Below, piece after piece: positions 26,528 to 32,212 of a stretch of 32,212 nt of DNA. The stretch spans positions 1 to 32,212 of IMG/VR virus record IMGVR_UViG_3300030372_004043; one strand, given 5' to 3'. Under the pieces are notes generated by a model. It worked only from the letters and a program-made list of their open reading frames with translations, had not been told where the DNA came from and ran no database searches. The translations under genes and the position numbers were made by a program. Source of the DNA: a virus (taxonomy: Duplodnaviria; Caudoviricetes). Positions within the stretch are counted from its first letter, which is position 1; the number at the start of each line of letters is the position of its first letter.

Positions 26528-28081
26528 TTATCTTGCTACTACAGATTCTTTATTTATAAATTCAATGTCAAAAGTGTAATTAGTTTTTACACCATCATTT
26601 AATTTAGTTTTTTTAACTAATGATTTAGTATCTAATTTAACAGGACAAGACATAAAGTTATTTCCACTGACATCTTGTTCTCCCATGCAAACAAAATGAA
26701 CTAAAGGCGACTTTAATAGCCATTGTAGATATTTTCCTTCTCCATCTGACAAATAACCAGTGTGTAGTGTCATTTTTCTTTTGGCTTCAATAGATAGTGA
26801 TCTGTGAGTTAATGCAGTTGCCCTTTCTGTATAATATGCTTCATTGAATATGCCTCGAGGTGTTTGCATGTCTATTCTTTCTTTTATTTCAATTGTTTCT
26901 GTATTTTTACAAGCAAAGTTAAAATAATCCCAAGTTCCTAAACTATTAATCCAACCTAATCTAACATAAGATAAATTGTCAGAAGTGTTGTCTCCTGCTA
27001 ACAATGCCCTATTCCATATATTGCAACCCATGTTATCATTTGCATACTTACCATTAACAAAATAATATAAAGCAGTTCCTTGTAGTCCGCCTGTTGATTG
27101 AGTTTGTATAGTATAGTAATACCAATCCCCACTAGCTATTTTATCTGCTAAATCTGTATTTCCACTATCCCAATTAGTGCAAGATTGAAAATTGCGAGGA
27201 CCACAACCAAAGTGTAAGATTCTAGTTTCATCACTCACAGGACTTGCTGATCCACCTGTAGTTCCATCACTTGTAATAGTATCATTCATGTCACCTGCGC
27301 TATGGAATAATTCTATTTTGAATAATTTTGCTTTAGTTGCAGGTCGATAAGCAATAGTTGATCTATCTTGTTGATTAATAAACTGCACATATTTAGTAGT
27401 ATTAAACCTTAAATCTTCTGCTGATCCACTTGACTGCATTGCACTAAAATCATACTTGATATTAACCTTAGCATCTGTATAATCTGCATCTGTCAATAAT
27501 TTTGAAGAAGTGCCACTAGGATTATACACATCTAAAATTTGACTATTCAGATTCATTTCTGACATTGTTGCCTCTGGTGGCTGTATTGCTGTAGCATTTT
27601 GAAAATAATTAGTATTATTTACTGTGTCCGATGTATCTTCTGTAGGAACACCATTTACTGTTGCACTATATTCTACCCATGCTTTAAAAGCAATTTTTCT
27701 TACAATGTTATTGCTATGACCATAAATCTTATTAGGATTATTCATGCCTAAAGAATGTATTGCTTTATCATCTTCAAAATCTGTATTATTAGAATCTTGT
27801 GTTGTAAAACTTACATAACTTGCAACTATTTCTTTTATGTCAAAAAATGTTCTTCTGTTAACTCCACTAGATGTTTCATACCCATTCCAAGGTTGTTTAA
27901 TTTTGGCTATTTGTGTTCCTGATGTTGAATCTAAATATAAAGCTAACACAAATTTATACTTATATAGTGCAGATATGTCGCTATCTTGACCTATACCAAC
28001 TATTAAATGCTTTCTCCACCATATAGGTATCCATACTAAATTTTCTTGAGATATTGGGTTTTGTATTATTATTAGTGTCAT
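26528..28081 (-). CDS. Distal-tail-like structural protein
   Basis: 517 aa; C-terminal WINSLGTWDYFNF...LHTGYL...LLKSPLV. Confidence 0.65.
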   Translation of the reverse strand: MTLIIIQNPISQENLVWIPIWWRKHLIVGIGQDSDISALYKYKFVLALYLDSTSGTQIAKIKQPWNGYETSSGVNRRTFFDIKEIVASYVSFTTQDSNNTDFEDDKAIHSLGMNNPNKIYGHSNNIVRKIAFKAWVEYSATVNGVPTEDTSDTVNNTNYFQNATAIQPPEATMSEMNLNSQILDVYNPSGTSSKLLTDADYTDAKVNIKYDFSAMQSSGSAEDLRFNTTKYVQFINQQDRSTIAYRPATKAKLFKIELFHSAGDMNDTITSDGTTGGSASPVSDETRILHFGCGPRNFQSCTNWDSGNTDLADKIASGDWYYYTIQTQSTGGLQGTALYYFVNGKYANDNMGCNIWNRALLAGDNTSDNLSYVRLGWINSLGTWDYFNFACKNTETIEIKERIDMQTPRGIFNEAYYTERATALTHRSLSIEAKRKMTLHTGYLSDGEGKYLQWLLKSPLVHFVCMGEQDVSGNNFMSCPVKLDTKSLVKKTKLNDGVKTNYTFDIEFINKESVVAR

Positions 28082-28082
28082 C

Positions 28083-28670
28083 TTATTTTACTTTAAATTC
28101 AAAATCTAATTTCTTTATTATATCTGTTCCAAACGCATCTAAGAGATCATTGGTTAAGTTTTGGTTTTGTGTTAGTATTGGTTGTGATAAAAAACCTGTC
28201 CATGGTAATCCTCTCTTTGCAATTGATCGACCTATTAAAAATGCAAATGTCTTATCTTTAATAAATTGTCCACCTCTATTTCCTGCACCTTTCCATTTCT
28301 TATTTACTCGCCCTCTAATGCTTTTTTTCTTAATCCATGATTCTATTACCCCCTCAGCTATATTGTGTCTTTTAAACTTAAAATTAGGCAAGTCAAACAT
28401 ATCGCTATTCTTGCCTACATTGGGTAGTTTTTTTTCTCTACCCTCTACACCACTTTCTACATACGCCCAATACTCATCAGCAGGTGGATTAATAACTATT
28501 GAAACATTTACTTTCTTACCATCTACATTGACATTATAATCTATGCTTTTATATAACTCTCCTTTCTTGCCTCGTTGTGCTAAGTTTGCTTTTGCATACC
28601 TTTTTACTTGTTTACCATAATTTTGGAAAACTTGTATTGTGTTATATAAATCATCTTGAGTAATTTGCAT
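28083..28670 (-). CDS. Neck/tail-completion (HK97 gp10-like) protein
   Basis: Basic; GELYKSI, YVESGVEG, AFLIGRSIAKRG. Likely start MQITQ. Confidence 0.6.
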   Translation of the reverse strand: MQITQDDLYNTIQVFQNYGKQVKRYAKANLAQRGKKGELYKSIDYNVNVDGKKVNVSIVINPPADEYWAYVESGVEGREKKLPNVGKNSDMFDLPNFKFKRHNIAEGVIESWIKKKSIRGRVNKKWKGAGNRGGQFIKDKTFAFLIGRSIAKRGLPWTGFLSQPILTQNQNLTNDLLDAFGTDIIKKLDFEFKVK

Positions 28671-28672
28671 AT

Positions 28673-29242
28673 TTAAGTTTGTTGAACTATTGGAGTAATG
28701 CACAAGTTATTCTTATTATTCGCAGTAATTGTAAAGTCGCCTGTCCAACCATATAGCATATTGTCATACTGTGTTGCTATTGGTGTTAAGTTTATAGGCA
28801 TTTGTAAATCTACTTCTGAATTTACCCAAGAAGCTAATTTAATGTTTTGAACAAAAGAAGATATTACCATTTGCATAGAATAATAGCTATCGCTTAGTAT
28901 TTTGTTTCTCATGTCAGAAAAATCAGCATGTAGTTGTGATACATTAACATCTCCTTCTAAATTGTCTAAATTTCGGTTATTATAACTTTCGTTTTGATCA
29001 AATGTGTCTAGTAATGCTACATTATATGAGAATGTTTGAATAAAGTTATTTACTGTGATCCCTGTAGGTTCAATGTATAGAATAGGATAATTTTCTCTGC
29101 TTTGCTTTTCAATATCTATTTCTTCAATAGGTCCTACTAACACTGTTTTAATAACCAATGATTTCTCGCCTATTGTTTGAAACTGATTTACTATATATTC
29201 ATAACTGAGATAGTTGCTGTCTAATTTTGTATTCTTATCCAT
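28673..29242 (-). CDS. Tail terminator-like protein
   Basis: Acidic; YPILYIEP, LYGWTGDFTI. Confidence 0.55.
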   Translation of the reverse strand: MDKNTKLDSNYLSYEYIVNQFQTIGEKSLVIKTVLVGPIEEIDIEKQSRENYPILYIEPTGITVNNFIQTFSYNVALLDTFDQNESYNNRNLDNLEGDVNVSQLHADFSDMRNKILSDSYYSMQMVISSFVQNIKLASWVNSEVDLQMPINLTPIATQYDNMLYGWTGDFTITANNKNNLCITPIVQQT

Positions 29243-29524
29243 TTATACTATACTATTTTTTTGTTGTTTTTTTAATTCTATTTGGTAATCCATTTGATAA
29301 CATAAAAAGGTTAATGTTTCATAAATTGGTATCTTAGTCACTTTACTAATGTTTAATATATTTTCTTTTGCTAAACCATATATAATGCTATACCAACCAT
29401 ATTTGCCTTGCAGTGTGTTTGATCCCTCTTGTCTAATAGCATCATTTTTGTCATTTACTTTTTCTGTTTGTTCGAAGAGCTGTGCAAACTCTTTATAAGT
29501 TGTCCGCCTGAAAGAAAAAAAAAA
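29243..29524 (-). CDS. -1 frameshift extension of the tail assembly chaperone (GT-like)
   Basis: The -1 frame opens at the T10 run and has no ATG of its own; KYGWYSIIYGLAKENIL. Confidence 0.7.
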   Translation of the reverse strand, partial: FFFSFRRTTYKEFAQLFEQTEKVNDKNDAIRQEGSNTLQGKYGWYSIIYGLAKENILNISKVTKIPIYETLTFLCYQMDYQIELKKQQKNSIV

Positions 29525-30030
29525 TTTACACACCCTAGAGCTATATCCATTGGTAGGTCTAACATTAAGTTTTCCTTTTCAATAGTCGGCTCATAAGATT
29601 CTATATTATATTGTCCTGCCATATTAATACTACCTACAATTGGTCTGTATAATATGCTCATAATCCTATGCAAGTTTTTCATTGCTTTACTATCACTCGC
29701 CCATGATTCTAAATCTATAAACTCTCCTGTAGTCATTTCACTCATGTTAGGTATTAAACCATACTTAAAACCTTTGTATTCTATTATCTTTTGCAATTCA
29801 AACTGTAATGGTCTCTTTTGTTCTAATTTATTTATCTCAACAGCAATCTCTTGCAAATCTTTGGTTTTTAATTTTTTAATTATTCTCGTTTCTACATTGC
29901 AAAGTATAGAAATACTATTTATTAACTTTTCTGTTTTGTTTTTATCAGAAGATATATTTTCTTCAAATTCTTGGAATTGTTGAATTGTTATATCTTTCCA
30001 TTCATTCGGTATTACTAACTCTACTCTCAT
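29455..30030 (-). CDS. Tail assembly chaperone (G-like)
   Basis: IPNEWKDITIQQFQ, MTTGEFIDLE, ILYRP, then a slippery NFFF near the C-terminus. Confidence 0.7.
   Translation of the reverse strand: MRVELVIPNEWKDITIQQFQEFEENISSDKNKTEKLINSISILCNVETRIIKKLKTKDLQEIAVEINKLEQKRPLQFELQKIIEYKGFKYGLIPNMSEMTTGEFIDLESWASDSKAMKNLHRIMSILYRPIVGSINMAGQYNIESYEPTIEKENLMLDLPMDIALGCVNFFFLSGGQLIKSLHSSSNKQKK
29515..29524 (-). other. Putative programmed -1 frameshift site (T10)
   Basis: AAT TTT TTT TTT CTT in frame 0 versus AAA TTT TTT TTT TCT in frame -1. Confidence 0.65.
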
Positions 30031-30061
30031 TTTATTAAATATAAATTTTTACTTTTTGTTT
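30031..30061 (-). promoter_or_regulatory. Putative phage late promoter
   Basis: AAACAA-N13-ATATTTAATAAA occupies the whole terL-chaperone gap and abuts the ATG. Confidence 0.7.
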
Positions 30062-31222
30062 CTATGCAATATAATACTTTCCAAAGTTAGGTTTGCTTAA
30101 ATTCATCAAACAAGCATATCTAACAGCATCTATACCATGATTGTCTTTATCTATTGGTTTTGTAGTCACTATTCCATCTTTGGTTATTTCGTATTTATAT
30201 GTTCTAAATTCTTTAATTAAATTATGACTATTCTTATCTACAAATAGTTTATATCTTCTTAATATATCTATTCCTATGTTTATACTATCTCTACCTTTTG
30301 ATGTTGGTTTTATATTCCAACCAAACCTATGAATTTCAGCAATAGATTTAGGTTCGGCACTATCTGCATATATAGACACTCTTTTATCTATTCCTAATTC
30401 CTCAAACCTTTTAGCTATCATGTCATTAGTTAGCTTTCTCTCATATATTAATTCTTTAAAGAATAACTTGTCATCATTTTTATAAACTACAATCAATGCA
30501 CTTGGATCAACAGCATATCCAAAATCTAAACCATACCCTAATAATTGACCATTAAATTGTTCTACTATTTGCACATTAGGAAATACTATACTTTGACTAA
30601 CACCTCTCTCGCCTAATCCATAAATGTTCCAATAATTGCTGTCTGTATCTTTTAATCTTTCAATCTCATCTACTAATGATTGTTCTAAGAATGGATTGTC
30701 TTTATACGTTGATTTAATAAAGGTGCAGTCATCTCTAGTTAATACCTTGTCATATATCCAGTGAAACTCATCTGAGGGATTAAAGTCCATATATATTTTC
30801 TCATTTGTTCTAATAATCAATTGAAAATAATCTTCATAGGATAACTCATTGCACTCATTAATAAAAAGTATATCTCGCTTTGTTCCTCTCTTTTTTTGAG
30901 GTTGATCTAATGAAACAAATTCTATAAGATTGTTGCCTAATTTAAATACCTGTTCTGACTTATTGTGTTTGTCTTCATTATATAAATTATACTCGACTAA
31001 TAAATTAATAAAATCTCTTAAGACTGATTGTCTTAAACTTGGAAATGATTTTCTGACTATTGTAAATACCTTACCACTATCTTGCAATGCCTTAATAATT
31101 ATAAGCTGTAGTAATGCAATTGTTTTTCCACTCCTTGTTCCGCCCTGATTAACTACTATCTTTGTTTTAGCATTTAAGTTATCATTTAGTATTCTCGTTC
31201 CCTTTAGGTTTAATAATTTCAA
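30062..31222 (-). CDS. terL: Terminase large subunit (PBSX family)
   Basis: Walker A GGTRSGKT, LFINECNE, DFNP, GLDFG, DNHGIDAVRY. Confidence 0.95.
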   Translation of the reverse strand: MKLLNLKGTRILNDNLNAKTKIVVNQGGTRSGKTIALLQLIIIKALQDSGKVFTIVRKSFPSLRQSVLRDFINLLVEYNLYNEDKHNKSEQVFKLGNNLIEFVSLDQPQKKRGTKRDILFINECNELSYEDYFQLIIRTNEKIYMDFNPSDEFHWIYDKVLTRDDCTFIKSTYKDNPFLEQSLVDEIERLKDTDSNYWNIYGLGERGVSQSIVFPNVQIVEQFNGQLLGYGLDFGYAVDPSALIVVYKNDDKLFFKELIYERKLTNDMIAKRFEELGIDKRVSIYADSAEPKSIAEIHRFGWNIKPTSKGRDSINIGIDILRRYKLFVDKNSHNLIKEFRTYKYEITKDGIVTTKPIDKDNHGIDAVRYACLMNLSKPNFGKYYIA

Positions 31223-31553
31223 TTTCTATTTTTTTAATTTGATCATCTCCACTAGATAAATCTATTTGCTGTTTCTCAACATACCCTCGAGTTTTTCCTA
31301 TTGTTTTTAAATAGAATAGTAATTCAGGAGTATTACCATCTTTTACCTTTTGTATTAGACTAGCTTCTGCAATATCTAAATAATGCTCCCTAATGTCATT
31401 TACCACCTCTTTCAATTCAGGATATTTTTCTATATAGTTATATATTGTCTTTCTTGTGCAACCTAAACTCTTACAGGCTATTGAAATAAAACCACCTGCT
31501 TTATTTATTGCGTCTTTGATTTGCTCTAATGTATATTTATTCTTATTAGCCAT
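31182..31553 (-). CDS. terS: Terminase small subunit
   Basis: N-terminal HTH (ACKSLGCTRKTIYNY), LFYLKTIGKTRGYVEKQ; overlaps terL. Confidence 0.8.
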   Translation of the reverse strand: MANKNKYTLEQIKDAINKAGGFISIACKSLGCTRKTIYNYIEKYPELKEVVNDIREHYLDIAEASLIQKVKDGNTPELLFYLKTIGKTRGYVEKQQIDLSSGDDQIKKIEIEIIKPKGNENTK

Positions 31554-31672
31554 TATCTAAATAGTTTTAAGTAATATGTAATGTAAAGTAATATAGGTGT
31601 TCCTAATATCAATGTTATTAAGTTTAAATGTGACTCTCCACAAAGTCCCAATAAGTGTCTAATTATTTCCAT
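31553..31672 (-). CDS. 39-aa membrane peptide (not in ORF track)
   Basis: MEIIRHLLGLCGESHLNLITLILGTPILLYITYYLKLFR*; TAATG-coupled to terS. Confidence 0.6.
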   Translation of the reverse strand: MEIIRHLLGLCGESHLNLITLILGTPILLYITYYLKLFR

Positions 31673-31799
31673 TTATTAAATTTTTTATTTTATCTACCAT
31701 TTCTAATACATTATCTTGTTCCATTGTTATGCTACAACAGGTTTCTAGGTTTTCTTCAATCCTGTCTAACAATTCTAGTATTTCTTTTTCTTTTTTTAT
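31659..31799 (-). CDS. About 46-aa helical protein, start uncertain (ATA 31799 or internal TTG)
   Basis: IKKEKEILELLDRIEENLETCCSITMEQDNVLEMVDKIKNLINGNN*; fills the gap. Confidence 0.5.
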   Translation of the reverse strand: MKKEKEILELLDRIEENLETCCSITMEQDNVLEMVDKIKNLINGNN

Positions 31800-31818
31800 A
31801 GTGTGTATTTATGTATAA

Positions 31819-32212
31819 TTATTCTAATGATTTAAGAGGTATATTAATTGCTTCAATAATAGCAAACTCTAATACTTTACTGTCATTGTCATAACCTATA
31901 ATACCATTTAATCTATCTCTTAATTCTAACCATCTTTTATATGTTTCTCCTGTTACTTTTACATTTATAGTTTTATTATATTCTGTATCACTAAAAGTAT
32001 CGCTTAAATCTTCTTGCTCATAATCATTCCAATCAAAGTCAGTTAGTTTTGAAAAGTTATCTATTTCTGTTTCATTGTATGGTAATGTCTTTACTAGATC
32101 ATCTAATTCAAATTCTTGAGTTAATTCTTTTACTCTTTCTGCTAACACTATACTATCAGTATCAAACTTTGTCTCATTTGTTTCAATTGCTATTCTCATT
32201 GCCTGTGCTTGT
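31819..32212 (-). CDS. ParB-like protein, C-terminal part (starts at 322 across the junction)
   Basis: In frame with 1..322; acidic linker and short C-terminal domain. Confidence 0.85.
   Translation of the reverse strand, partial: QAQAMRIAIETNETKFDTDSIVLAERVKELTQEFELDDLVKTLPYNETEIDNFSKLTDFDWNDYEQEDLSDTFSDTEYNKTINVKVTGETYKRWLELRDRLNGIIGYDNDSKVLEFAIIEAINIPLKSLE
32133..32212. repeat. 80-bp terminal direct repeat, right copy
   Basis: Identical to 1-80. Confidence 0.97.

Noticed and set aside
37-31148. All plus-strand ORFs in the track (e.g. 10745..11233, 22321..22896, 28054..28539)
   Set aside because: Antisense shadows of well-supported minus-strand genes; Leu/Phe/Ser-rich with no motifs.
32133-32212. 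Terminal repeat as a physical phage DTR
   Set aside because: It falls in the middle of the ParB-like gene, and an exact short overlap is typical of assembler circularisation.
1-32212. Stop-codon reassignment
   Set aside because: Genes are full length under code 11, and TAA, TAG and TGA all occur as real stops.
1-32212. CRISPR array, tRNA, integrase/att site, DGR or retron
   Set aside because: No spaced repeats, cloverleaf, recombinase or reverse transcriptase recognised by eye; tRNAscan/Infernal were not run.

Overview
Complete, circularly assembled genome of an AT-rich (about 28-30% GC by eye) tailed dsDNA phage. Bases 1-80 repeat exactly at 32133-32212, giving a unit length of 32,132 bp. 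All credible genes are on the minus strand. A Bacteroidota host is inferred from two TTTG-N21-TAnnTTTG promoters and from signal peptides with Gln at +1. In transcription order there is an early/replication block (DUF4373-type initiator, HNH, VRR-NUC, sigma-like factor), then a 7-deazaguanine DNA-modification operon: queD, queE, a phosphoribosyltransferase-FolE fusion, a second QueD-like T-fold protein, a GT-B glycosyltransferase and a DpdA/TGT-like transglycosylase, with no queC or queF. A ParB-like gene crossing the assembly junction leads to the terminase subunits. A morphogenesis region with unusual gene order follows, carrying four copies of a putative late promoter, and then an envelope/lysis block (beta-barrel-like protein, exported thioredoxin-fold protein, M15A endolysin, holin, metallophosphoesterase). 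No integrase, DNA polymerase, tRNA or CRISPR was recognised. The best novelty candidate is the QueC-less, glycosyltransferase-containing deazaguanine system, together with the apparent total absence of GTAC and GGCC while GATC is kept. All product calls come from motif recognition by eye; no searches were run.
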